A stretch of DNA of 64,000 bases, from NCBI GenBank assembly GCA_964520905.1, contig CAZFQL010000001.1, positions 183,216 to 247,215 on the forward strand. Direction: 5' to 3'. Below the pieces are notes generated by a model. It was given only the letters and a program-made list of their open reading frames with translations, was not told the DNA's origin and searched no databases. The number at the start of each line of letters is the position of its first letter. Within the stretch, counting starts at the first letter, position 1. A program made the translations under genes and the position numbers. Source of the stretch: an uncultured Chlorobiaceae bacterium. GTDB taxonomy: Bacteria; Bacteroidota; Ignavibacteria; UBA10030; SZUA-254. Shown here in pieces: positions 1 through 8,811 of this stretch.

Positions 1-1143
1 TTGCCAGAACCTGTATAACCAACTATAGCTATAGTCGTGCCTTGAGGAATTTCGAGATTAATATTTTTTAGTGTCGGTGATTGCGCGTTATTATGAGTGA
101 AGGAAACATTCCGAAACTCTATTCTTCCCTGAATATCTTTTATAGAAAAATTTGTTTGATGGGTATCGCGTATATCCGGCTGGGTGTCCATAATCTTCAT
201 CAATCTTCTCAGCGAAGCCGCACCTTGCTGAAGAAGATTCGTCACCCAACCGAATGCGATCATGGGCCAAATCAAAAGTGTGAGATATCCGAAGAACGCC
301 GTAAGCGTACCGATGGACATTTCACCGTTAATGACTTTCAGACCGCCCACGTATACAATGATAACGAGCGAAGAGCCGACGAGCAAAAACATCAGGGGCC
401 AGAGTATCGATTGGATTCTTGCTAAGACGAGATTTTTCTTAAGATATTCCCAGCTCAATTTTTTAAAGCGATCTATCTCATACTCTTCGCGCACGTATGC
501 TTTCACAATTCTTATGCCTGATAAATTTTCCTGTGCGCGTGTGGTGAGAATGGAAAATTGTTCCTGCCGTTCTTCGAATTTTTTGTGAATTTGTTTTCCA
601 AGTTTATAAACAGCATAAGAAACAAGCGGCATAGGGATAAGAGCGTAAAGCGTCAACTGCCAGTTTGTTAGAAACATCATCACGAGAACCATAGAGAGCG
701 TCATGATAGTATCGCTTGGATACATGATGCCGGGACCGACCACGTTGCGTACCGAACCGATGTCGTTCGTAGCGTGCGCCATCAGATCACCGGTTGGCGT
801 GTTCTGAAAATACGAGAGCGAAAGTTTCTGGATGTGTTTAAGAAAATCATTTCGCAGATCAAACTCAATATGCCGCGAAACAACGATGATTGTTTGTCGC
901 GTAAGATAAGTGAAAATACCGGCGATAAGATTTAACGCGACAAGAGAGGCGGCATAAATAAGCAGATTTGTTCCATCGATGTTTTTTGTTTCAAGTCCGA
1001 TTTTCAATTTATCGATAGCATTACCGACAATCCGCGGCTGGAAGACGGTGAAGACATTACTCATCACAACTGTGAGGAGTCCCCACAACAGCGTGCGTTT
1101 GTATTTTTTAAGATATGGGATTAAGCGGAGTAATGATTTCATA
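1..1143 (-). CDS. ABC exporter permease/ATP-binding protein (MsbA-like), N-terminal portion; gene runs off the window start
   Basis: The ORF track omits it because there is no stop codon inside the window. My own minus-strand translation from the ATG at 1141-1143 gives MKSLLRLIPYLKKYKRTLLWGLLTVVMSN..., a six-helix ABC exporter transmembrane domain. It is followed by GRIEFRNVSFTHNN...LEIPQGTTIAIVGYTGSG, the start of Walker A, at the window edge. Confidence 0.75.
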
Positions 1144-1197
1144 TAGTTCTGATAAGCAACTCACATCCAACATAAGTTTAAATTCGAACGTGAGCCG

Positions 1198-1244
1198 CAC
1201 TTTAAAGATACGAAACTATTACATAAATTTCTTGGGGGGCAGAG
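1198..1244. repeat. Left copy of an imperfect direct repeat flanking the VapBC cassette (partner at 1989-2061)
   Basis: The 11-mer cactttaaaga is exact in both copies (1198-1208 and 1989-1999). A 34-nt core, agatacgaaactattacataaatttcttgggggg (1206-1239), matches 2023-2056 at 31/34. The right copy carries a 23-nt insertion. Confidence 0.6.
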
Positions 1245-1655
1245 CTATATTGATCGCTGAAGAATTTGATTCGGTGTTTTTCTCCCTCGCGTAGTTCGAT
1301 CAAAATGCTCGTCGTAACTGACAATCGAGAGATCATATTTTATTGCAGCAACGTACTGGTATGCATCGTCAAAATCAAGTTTAAATTCCCGAGATGCTTC
1401 GATGACAGATTTTAGATCCTGAACCGAAAGAGTCAACGCCGATATTCCGCCATTAAGAATTACATCGTCGACAAATTGCTCGAATGCAATATGTTGATGA
1501 CGCTGGAAAAGTAACAATCCGATTGAATGTAATGCAAAGTCACTAATATAGAAATTGATATTTCCATTGAGGAGAAGAAGTGATTTTGCTTCCGCAGATT
1601 TCTCTTGGTCTAATATTATTTCCAAGAAAATGTTTGTGTCGAGAAGAATGTTCAC
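1245..1655 (-). CDS. PIN-domain toxin (VapC-like) of a type II TA pair
   Basis: 136 aa with the MNILLDTNIF... N-terminus typical of PIN domains. It overlaps the upstream small gene by 4 nt. Confidence 0.75.
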   Translation of the reverse strand: MNILLDTNIFLEIILDQEKSAEAKSLLLLNGNINFYISDFALHSIGLLLFQRHQHIAFEQFVDDVILNGGISALTLSVQDLKSVIEASREFKLDFDDAYQYVAAIKYDLSIVSYDEHFDRTTRGRKTPNQILQRSI

Positions 1656-1912
1656 TTTTCTCTGATTCTTAATTTGGTAATGTCATGTTGAAGATCAACA
1701 GATGTGTACGTACCTCGCATATTTTTAAGCGCTCCCGCCCAATCAAATTTTAATGTTTTATGTTCCCGATGCTGGTGCTTTTTGATCAAAAATTCGATAA
1801 AGTCCTCGATTTCTTGACGCAAAGATGGGGATAATTGCTTAATTTTTTCTTCGATGTAACTCATTGTTATCTCTCGCAATGTCATTTTAATATACGAAGA
1901 GAATTGAATCAA
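1652..1912 (-). CDS. Antitoxin partner of the PIN toxin (small DNA-binding/antitoxin-like protein)
   Basis: 86-aa ORF immediately upstream of, and overlapping, the PIN gene, in classic antitoxin-toxin order. Confidence 0.55.
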   Translation of the reverse strand: MIQFSSYIKMTLREITMSYIEEKIKQLSPSLRQEIEDFIEFLIKKHQHREHKTLKFDWAGALKNMRGTYTSVDLQHDITKLRIREK

Positions 1913-1988
1913 GTCAACCTTGCGAAAAGCAACTTGCGAAAAGCAACCTTATTTAATCATTTAAATCATAAGCGTTAAATGAAATGAT

Positions 1989-2061
1989 CACTTTAAAGAA
2001 TTTCCAGAAAAGTCGTATTCAAAAGATACAAAACTATAACATAAATTTCTTGGAGGGAGTT
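1989..2061. repeat. Right copy of the direct repeat flanking the VapBC cassette; abuts the stop codon of the acyl-CoA ligase gene
   Basis: See 1198-1244. The copy ends 1 nt before the TGA (complement, 2062-2064) of the 2062-3582 gene. Confidence 0.6.
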
Positions 2062-3582
2062 TCAGGTTATCTGAATAATATCTCGTACTCTTTCGGTAAT
2101 CGTTCTGAAGTCAATCTTGCCGCTACCTGTTTTCGGCATCTCTGAGAGAACAATAAACTTGCTCGGGATTGCAATCTTGGGAAGTTGTCCCGACATTTTT
2201 TGAAGAATTGCTTTCTCATCAATCTGTTGTGTAACGGCAGCAACAATCCGGGATCCACGCAAGGCATCCGGCACTTCGACAACACAGCACTCAACATCGG
2301 CAGGAAGCAGATGTTCAAGAACATCTTCCACTTTTATCAGAGACACCATCTCTCCGCCGATCTTAAGAAAGCGTTTCAATCTTCCAACATGCCACAGATA
2401 ACCATCGGCATCCATATATCCCATATCACCGGTATCGTACCAGCCATGACGAATGCTCAACGATGTTTGCTCAAAATCATCAAAGTACCCTTTCATCACA
2501 TTATCGCCTTTGACAAGTATTTTACCTATTTCTCCAACTTTGCACTCTTCACTGGTTTCATAATTCTCTACTCTTACCTTGACGCCGTCAATCGGTCTGC
2601 CAACACTACCGGGACGATTATACTCTAATGTATTAACCGTAATCGCAGGACTTGTTTCGGTCGCTCCGTATGCTTCGAGTAAAATCTTATTATGCCTTTT
2701 CATGAATTCCTCCCTTAATGCATCCGGACACTTGTCCGCACCCGAGAGAAGTATGCGTGTAGATTTGAAATCGCCCGGCTTCGAATTCCTGAGATATCCC
2801 CAGAAGAACGTAGGTGTTCCAGCCATTAACGTGACATTTTCTTCACGAACGATATCACATATAGTTTTAAAATCCAACGGGTTGGCATATGTTACAATTG
2901 TCATCCCGACTATCAGCGGAACCCATAGATTTGCAGTCTGACCGAATACATGGAAGTATGGAAGGTTAGCCAGAAAAATATCATCTGATGAAAAAGAATA
3001 TGCTTTTGACAAACTTTCATAGTTGGAGAAAATATTTCTATGTGTAAGCTGAACAGCTTTCGGATCTTTTTCGCTTCCACTGGTAAATAGAATCAGAAGA
3101 GTATCATTTTCATTGCCGCGATGAATTCTTTTTAGGAGTCGCTCAACCGGAAGGCCTATGGTTAATATTGCTTTCATCTTATCTAATAGAGTTACAGACT
3201 TCATGATATCTTCGAGATAAATCATACCGTCAACATGAGGACAATTAATTTTCGCAAGAAGTGCTTTTGAGGTGATTATAGTCTTGAACGCACATTTCTT
3301 TTGAGCGAATTCACAGTTCATTGCAGCGCCAGTTGAGTAGTTGATCATCACCGGAATCCGGCCGCTCATAAGCGTGCCTAATATCGATAAAACTGATCCG
3401 GCTGAATTTGGCAGCATAATTCCAAGAAAACCAGGAGCGTATTTCTGAAATTTTTTAAAAAGAATGAGTGCGCCGATCAATGCGCGTTTGTAGGTCACCC
3501 GGCGATCGAGAGTTCTATCTATAATTGCTAATTTCTTCTCGTATTGTTTTGCAATTCGGACAAATTGTTGATGTAATAACAT
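2062..3582 (-). CDS. AMP-dependent synthetase/ligase (acyl-CoA or acyl-ACP synthetase family)
   Basis: 506 aa carrying the adenylate-forming motifs TSGSEKDPKAV, YGATETSP, GWYDTGDMGYMDADGYLWHVGR and a C-terminal PKTGSGKIDFR. Confidence 0.85.
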   Translation of the reverse strand: MLLHQQFVRIAKQYEKKLAIIDRTLDRRVTYKRALIGALILFKKFQKYAPGFLGIMLPNSAGSVLSILGTLMSGRIPVMINYSTGAAMNCEFAQKKCAFKTIITSKALLAKINCPHVDGMIYLEDIMKSVTLLDKMKAILTIGLPVERLLKRIHRGNENDTLLILFTSGSEKDPKAVQLTHRNIFSNYESLSKAYSFSSDDIFLANLPYFHVFGQTANLWVPLIVGMTIVTYANPLDFKTICDIVREENVTLMAGTPTFFWGYLRNSKPGDFKSTRILLSGADKCPDALREEFMKRHNKILLEAYGATETSPAITVNTLEYNRPGSVGRPIDGVKVRVENYETSEECKVGEIGKILVKGDNVMKGYFDDFEQTSLSIRHGWYDTGDMGYMDADGYLWHVGRLKRFLKIGGEMVSLIKVEDVLEHLLPADVECCVVEVPDALRGSRIVAAVTQQIDEKAILQKMSGQLPKIAIPSKFIVLSEMPKTGSGKIDFRTITERVRDIIQIT

Positions 3583-3615
3583 AGTCTATTTTATTTATTT
3601 AATTGTTTGTTTGAT

Positions 3616-3864
3616 CTAAGTTTCAACAGATATTTCCAACTGAGAAAGAAAAGAATGCTTATTAGTATCATTGGTCCATAGATTACCAAATATACCGGCA
3701 GTAGAAATCTTTGCCAATATCAATATACATAAAATATCACAGGAGTAAAAAAGATAATTCAGCCAAACAATTCCCATCGCCATGAGATAATAAGAGCAAA
3801 AACTATCACTCCCGTTGGAATCAAATGTATTGTTATAGCAGGCAGAGTTTCCCGGAAAACGCAC
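3616..3864 (-). CDS. Hypothetical small protein (GTG start); weak call
   Basis: Only an ORF in otherwise unassigned DNA, with one hydrophobic stretch; no recognisable motif. Confidence 0.2.
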   Translation of the reverse strand: MRFPGNSACYNNTFDSNGSDSFCSYYLMAMGIVWLNYLFYSCDILCILILAKISTAGIFGNLWTNDTNKHSFLSQLEISVET

Positions 3865-3952
3865 TCCCTATTGAATACATCGAGAGTAAAAATGGATGTG
3901 AATAGTGCAGAGAGAATGCACAAAGCGCGTAGAGACCAGAAAAGAATTTTAT

Positions 3953-4030
3953 TTATCCAATATTCTCAAACCCCGTATGCTTATGCAGCGCTTTCGGCAC
4001 AATCACTTTTCCTTCGGGGTCTGGTAATAC
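3953..4030 (-). pseudogene. Relic duplicate of the serS 3' end (last ~23 codons plus stop)
   Basis: About 85% nucleotide identity to 4662-4739, the true serS 3' end. My minus-strand translation gives ...PDPEGKVIVPKALHKHTGFENIG* against SerS ...TPEGKVIVPKVLHKYTGFEVIG*. The similarity begins exactly at the stop codon. Confidence 0.7.
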
Positions 4031-4071
4031 CGGGCAATTAATTCATCGAATAAATTCAAGCTAATTTGGGT

Positions 4072-4368
4072 TTAGCGCTTTGATTTTTTCTTTAGGATAT
4101 CTCGCGATGTATGAAGCACAGCAAGAATATCAATTTGATCTGGTTTGATGTAATAAATTATTCGAAATGGATGTTCAATAACTTCGCGAATCTGTTTAAT
4201 GTTAAATTCCGGTACGGACCTACCCGAAAGAGGAAAATCTGTAATTTGTTGTGATCGTCGTGTTATGCGATCAACTATTCTTGTCGCGTAATCGGCAGAT
4301 GTATGAGATATGTAATCGTGGATGCTTTGCAGATGATCGGTGGCTGTATCTGTCCAATGGACATTCAC
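4072..4368 (-). CDS. RelE/ParE-family toxin (type II TA)
   Basis: 98 aa of the size and composition expected for RelE/ParE; overlaps the upstream 68-aa gene by 4 nt. Confidence 0.7.
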   Translation of the reverse strand: MNVHWTDTATDHLQSIHDYISHTSADYATRIVDRITRRSQQITDFPLSGRSVPEFNIKQIREVIEHPFRIIYYIKPDQIDILAVLHTSRDILKKKSKR

Positions 4369-4571
4369 TTTTGTAAACCGAACTTTGCGCGGATTTCTTT
4401 TACATCTTTCGTTCGCCCTGCCTTGCTATCAGCTAACCCAGCTTCAATCGCCTGTCGAACATAGATTTCATACATGAGATCATCCCAAGTCGCCTTGCTG
4501 GGAAGTTTTTCTACAATCTTTTGCGCTTCTTCTTTTACCATGCCCATAAATAAATCCTTATAAATATTCAC
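4365..4571 (-). CDS. Antitoxin partner of the RelE/ParE toxin
   Basis: 68-aa ORF directly upstream of, and overlapping, the toxin gene. Confidence 0.55.
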   Translation of the reverse strand: MNIYKDLFMGMVKEEAQKIVEKLPSKATWDDLMYEIYVRQAIEAGLADSKAGRTKDVKEIRAKFGLQK

Positions 4572-4579
4572 TTGTCAGT

Positions 4580-4608
4580 ATAATACAAAAATATCGTGTT
4601 TGTTTCAA
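4580..4608 (-). promoter_or_regulatory. Putative sigma70-like promoter of the RelE/antitoxin operon; near-leaderless
   Basis: On the minus strand, TTGAAA (complement of 4603-4608), a 17-nt spacer, then TATTAT (complement of 4580-4585). The antitoxin ATG follows about 9 nt after the -10 element. Confidence 0.35.
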
Positions 4609-4658
4609 GATTATGTATGCCGTGAGATACAGACTGAAGATGGTTATCGTTTTTCCCT

Positions 4659-5924
4659 CTATCCAATCACCTCAAACCCAGTATATTTATGCAACACTTT
4701 TGGCACAATCACTTTTCCCTCCGGTGTCTGGTAATGCTCTATGAGTGCCGCAACAACTCTTGGCAGCGCCAGCGCTGAGCCGTTTAGTGTGTGAATAAAT
4801 TCCGGCTTTCCTTCTCCGCGCGGACGGAAACGGATATTCATTCGCCGCGCCTGAAACGATTCAAAGTTGCTAATTGACGAAACCTCGAGCCATCGCTGCT
4901 GCCCGATAGACCATACCTCAAGATCGTATTTCTTCGTCTGTGTAAATCCCATGTCGCCCGTGCACATGAGAAGCGTGTGATAATGCAGTCCCAATTTCTG
5001 GAGAAGCAGTTCGGCATCTTCGCGTAAACTCTCAAGTTCGTTGTACGAGACACCCGGGTGGACAAATTTTACTAATTCAACTTTATCGAACTGGTGCAGT
5101 CTGTTTAAACCGCGAACATCCTTACCATACGAACCGGCTTCGCGGCGAAAGCATGGCGTGTACGCACAATATTTTACAGGGAGCTGATCTTCCTTCAGAA
5201 TTTCGTCTCGGTGAATGTTTGTTACCGGAACTTCCGCTGTCGGAACGAGATACAATTCATCCTTAGTTGCAACGTACATCAAATCTTCTTTATCTGGAAG
5301 TTGTCCTGTGCCTGTTGCGCTGTTTGCATTCACCATAAGCGGCGGCTGAATTTCTTTGTATCCTCGCTTCGCGGCTTCATCAAGAAAGAAATTGATCAAC
5401 GCACGCTGTAACTGTGCACCCTGTCCTTTATATAAAGGAAAGCCCGCGCCTGAAATCTTTACACCACGCTCAAAGTCGATGATATCAAGCTTTTCAGCAA
5501 GTTCCCAGTGAGGTTTCGGTTTGAAATCAATTACAGGTGCTTCGCCCCACTTTGAAATTTCTTTGTTGTCGGTCGGCAGTTTTCCAACAGGAACAGATGG
5601 GTGTGGAATATTTGGAATAGTGAGCAGGAGTTGATTCAAAGATTTTTCAATCAGCGCGAGGGCATCATCAATAGATTTGATCTCTGTTTTCACTTCATCC
5701 ATTTGTGAGATCGCTGTTGCGGCATCTTTTTTTTCACGCTTCAGTTTACCGATTTCATCTGAAACGACGTTGCGTTTGTTTTTTAATACTTCAACCTTCT
5801 GAAGAAGTTCTCTTCGTTGTAAATCAAACTTCAGCGCTTCATCAATATTATCTTCGCCTCCTTTTTTTAGGATGCCTTCCTTAACTAAGCCTGGGTGTTC
5901 ACGAATGAATTTAATATCAAGCAT
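4659..5924 (-). CDS. serS: Seryl-tRNA synthetase
   Basis: 421 aa with an N-terminal coiled-coil and a class II catalytic core; full-length SerRS architecture. Confidence 0.95.
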   Translation of the reverse strand: MLDIKFIREHPGLVKEGILKKGGEDNIDEALKFDLQRRELLQKVEVLKNKRNVVSDEIGKLKREKKDAATAISQMDEVKTEIKSIDDALALIEKSLNQLLLTIPNIPHPSVPVGKLPTDNKEISKWGEAPVIDFKPKPHWELAEKLDIIDFERGVKISGAGFPLYKGQGAQLQRALINFFLDEAAKRGYKEIQPPLMVNANSATGTGQLPDKEDLMYVATKDELYLVPTAEVPVTNIHRDEILKEDQLPVKYCAYTPCFRREAGSYGKDVRGLNRLHQFDKVELVKFVHPGVSYNELESLREDAELLLQKLGLHYHTLLMCTGDMGFTQTKKYDLEVWSIGQQRWLEVSSISNFESFQARRMNIRFRPRGEGKPEFIHTLNGSALALPRVVAALIEHYQTPEGKVIVPKVLHKYTGFEVIG

Positions 5925-6082
5925 TTATTTCTTTAGTCCTTTTCAGTGTTAATGTTTCTCTCGTTAAGTATATATAATGTTGTTATAGATCTACAAAGAA
6001 AATCCTAAGCACGAAAAACTAACATCTAAGTAATATTTGAATCCCAATTCCCCAACCCGGCTTCTAGTATATGTATTTTGGA

Positions 6083-6130
6083 ATTGGATTTTAGAATTTG
6101 TTTAGGATTTAGAGATTAGGATTTAGAATT
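6083..6130. repeat. Three degenerate tandem copies of GGATTT(T)AGA(R)WT in the serS upstream intergenic region
   Basis: ggattttagaattt, ggatttagagatt and ggatttagaattt at 6083, 6096 and 6118. The same word occurs inverted at 21100-21260. Confidence 0.4.
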
Positions 6131-6137
6131 TTCGCGT

Positions 6138-7040
6138 TCATGATTTCAGATGTAAATTATTTTCGTTTTGTTTGTTAAACGCCTCAAGTTGGTTTTTAAA
6201 GACCGTAAGCCCATGTTCAACGCCGGACATTTTCACATCGAGTTCGGTTTGTGCTTTAAGTATGATCAATCCGGATTTTAAAGGGCGCGGCGCCGGTTGT
6301 ATAAAAGTAGAAGACTTGACCGGAATTATCAGCTTTTTATTGAAATTAAATACGCGTGCAAGTGTAAGAGCAAAATCATATCTGCTGATCATGTCGGAAC
6401 CGGCGATATGATAAACGCCTGTTCGATCAAGCTCGATAATTTTTAAGATTGCATAGGCGAGATCATCGGCAAGTGTTGGATTACCGATCTGATCGTCAAC
6501 CACACGAATGGGCTTGCCGTCTTTCAGATTATTATACAGCCAGAGCGCGAAGTTCGATTTAACATTCAGTCCGAGTCCGTAGAGTACCATTGTTCGAATG
6601 ATCGTAGCGGGAACACCACTGGTTAGCAGAAGATTTTCACTTGCAAGCTTTGTTCTTCCGTAGTAACTGATAGGATTCGGACGATCGACTTCGCTGTAAG
6701 GACCACTTTTGCCGTCGAACACATAATCAGTGGAAAGATGAATGAGTTTCGCACCCACAAGTTTTGCTGCATAAGCCAGGTTTTCAACAGATCCAACATT
6801 TACCTGCCAGGCAAGTGCGCGTTCCTTTTCACAAAGATCAACATCGGTTACCGCGGCTGTATGCACAATAACATCCGGCTCGAATTCATCTATAACTTTT
6901 CTAACATCCTGTCGGTGGGTCAAATCGATTTTACGGTAAGGCAAAATTTCTTCGTCGAAGACAGAGTGTTCCTCCAATGATAATAATAAGAGAGGATAAC
7001 GTGTTCGTGAAAGAATCTCAACAGTCTTCTGTCCAAGCAA
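6138..7040 (-). CDS. NAD(P)-dependent reductase, RmlD (dTDP-4-dehydrorhamnose reductase)-like; the real N-terminus probably lies upstream (to about 7079)
   Basis: STDYVFDG and the YxxxK motif SYYGRTK. The Rossmann motif KRIIVTGSNGLLG is encoded in-frame upstream of the TTG start called in the track. Confidence 0.7.
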   Translation of the reverse strand: MLGQKTVEILSRTRYPLLLLSLEEHSVFDEEILPYRKIDLTHRQDVRKVIDEFEPDVIVHTAAVTDVDLCEKERALAWQVNVGSVENLAYAAKLVGAKLIHLSTDYVFDGKSGPYSEVDRPNPISYYGRTKLASENLLLTSGVPATIIRTMVLYGLGLNVKSNFALWLYNNLKDGKPIRVVDDQIGNPTLADDLAYAILKIIELDRTGVYHIAGSDMISRYDFALTLARVFNFNKKLIIPVKSSTFIQPAPRPLKSGLIILKAQTELDVKMSGVEHGLTVFKNQLEAFNKQNENNLHLKS

Positions 7041-7081
7041 ACCATTACTGCCGGTGACGATGATGCGTTTCGTTGGAGCGT

Positions 7082-7915
7082 TTATCGTAAACTCTCCTCC
7101 AATAACGTTGAAATATCTGTTTTATCATCGCGATATTTAATAATAACAGGAGCGTATATCGAGAGTTTGTTTTCTTGCGCAAAGGGATGATTAATTTGTC
7201 TGTTCCCGGCAACAACAACTGCGCCTTCCGGGATAATGAGTTGTGATGTGTTGGATTTTTTGTAGATTGCTCTACGCACAAGGTCATATACGGGCGTTCC
7301 ACCGGTGAGAATGACGCCGGCACCGAGGACTGCTCGCTGTTTCACAGTAGTACCTTCATAAATTCCGCAGTTGCCTCCTATGAATACGTCATCTTCAATA
7401 ATTACAGGCATCGAGCCGATTGGTTCCAACACACCGCCGATCTGTACTGCGGCGCTGCAATGAACTCTTTTACCTATTTGCGCGCATGATCCGACGAGCG
7501 CGTGTGAATCGATCATAGTTCCTTCGTCAACGTACGCACCGATGTTCACGTAAGATGGCGGCATCATAACTACTCCCTTGGCTATATATGCGCCGTCTCT
7601 CACGACGCTTCCGCCCGGGACAATTCGAACACCTTGATTGACGGTAAATTGCCGCACTCCCATTGTGTCTTTATCAAAGAAATTAAATACATCGTCTCCG
7701 GAGAATTCCCGAAGCTCACCGGCGCGAAAAGCAAGCAGTATTCCTTTTTTTACCCATGTGTTGACCTGCCATGAATCATTCTGAAAATCTGCGGAACGGA
7801 TTTCACCGCGATTCAGGGCAAGCTTCAATTGATCTACTGCCTGCTGTACTTCCTCTCTGTCGATTTTGTCTATAGGAATTTCAAACAGCCGCTCAATGGT
7901 TTGTTGTAGGATCAT
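7082..7915 (-). CDS. dapD: 2,3,4,5-tetrahydropyridine-2,6-dicarboxylate N-succinyltransferase
   Basis: 277 aa, collinear with E. coli DapD. The hexapeptide-repeat region ...[30 protein letters not shown]... is recognisable. Confidence 0.9.
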   Translation of the reverse strand: MILQQTIERLFEIPIDKIDREEVQQAVDQLKLALNRGEIRSADFQNDSWQVNTWVKKGILLAFRAGELREFSGDDVFNFFDKDTMGVRQFTVNQGVRIVPGGSVVRDGAYIAKGVVMMPPSYVNIGAYVDEGTMIDSHALVGSCAQIGKRVHCSAAVQIGGVLEPIGSMPVIIEDDVFIGGNCGIYEGTTVKQRAVLGAGVILTGGTPVYDLVRRAIYKKSNTSQLIIPEGAVVVAGNRQINHPFAQENKLSIYAPVIIKYRDDKTDISTLLEESLR

Positions 7916-8805
7916 ATAAGCTTCAACCCTTTCAATATCTTTTTCATCAGAGGTCTGTGTTTATCGCTTAAGGGAACAAGCGGTAAGCGATATAGTTCTT
8001 TTATAACCCCCATTTGCGCAAGAACTGCTTTCACGGGAATCGGACTTGATTCGATGAAGTTGAAGTTCATCAAATCAAAAAGTTTATATTGAATTTTTAA
8101 TGCCAGTGGAAAATTTCCTTTCAAGCACAGCCGGATCATATCGGAAAAAAGTTTTGGCGCTTCATTTGAAACCACGGAAACAATTCCATCGGCTCCAAGT
8201 GCGATTAACGGGAGGGCGATTGCGTCATCGCCAGACCAGACGCCGAACCCTTTAGGTCGGTGGCGAATTATTTCCATTATCTGTCCGAAATTACCCGATG
8301 CTTCTTTGATACCGGCGATGTTCGGGAATTTTTCTGCCAGCCGGAGCGTGGTTGCCGCCTCTAAGTTGCTGGAAGTTCTTCCGGGAACATTGTAAATAAC
8401 AATCGGCGCATTGATTTCATTCGCTATCGCCGCATAATGCCGGTAGAAGCCCTCCTGTGTGGGTTTATTATAGTACGGCGCGACGGACAGTATTCCATCG
8501 GCTCCCGCTTTTAGCGCATTCTTTGCGTGGTCGATCGCTTTGCTTGTTGAATTGCTGCCGGCTCCGGCAATTATTTTCACTCGACCCCTTGCATGTTTGA
8601 CGACGATGGAAACAACTTGTTCCTGCTCCTCTTCGGTTAGCGTAACGCTTTCACCGGTTGTGCCGGTAGGAAGAATTGCTTCTACACCGCCCTTGATTTG
8701 ATATTCGATTATTTTCTTGAGAGCGGCTTCATCAACCTTGCCGTTAGTGGTGAATGGTGTGACGAGCGCAGTGCCTGTTCCTTTAAATAATAATGTTCGT
8801 TTCAT
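7912..8805 (-). CDS. dapA: 4-hydroxy-tetrahydrodipicolinate synthase
   Basis: 297 aa with the TIM-barrel DapA N-terminus [16 protein letters not shown] and [10 protein letters not shown]. Confidence 0.9.
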   Translation of the reverse strand: MKRTLLFKGTGTALVTPFTTNGKVDEAALKKIIEYQIKGGVEAILPTGTTGESVTLTEEEQEQVVSIVVKHARGRVKIIAGAGSNSTSKAIDHAKNALKAGADGILSVAPYYNKPTQEGFYRHYAAIANEINAPIVIYNVPGRTSSNLEAATTLRLAEKFPNIAGIKEASGNFGQIMEIIRHRPKGFGVWSGDDAIALPLIALGADGIVSVVSNEAPKLFSDMIRLCLKGNFPLALKIQYKLFDLMNFNFIESSPIPVKAVLAQMGVIKELYRLPLVPLSDKHRPLMKKILKGLKLI

Positions 8806-8811
8806 AATAGT

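Noticed and set aside
2185-2941. Antisense and overlapping ORFs inside long genes (also 27009-28277 within lon, 40538-41136 within dxr, 42932-43312, 59310-61178 and others)
   Set aside because: They lie wholly within strongly supported genes on the opposite strand or in other frames. They have no motifs or RBS and show codon-complement composition artefacts.
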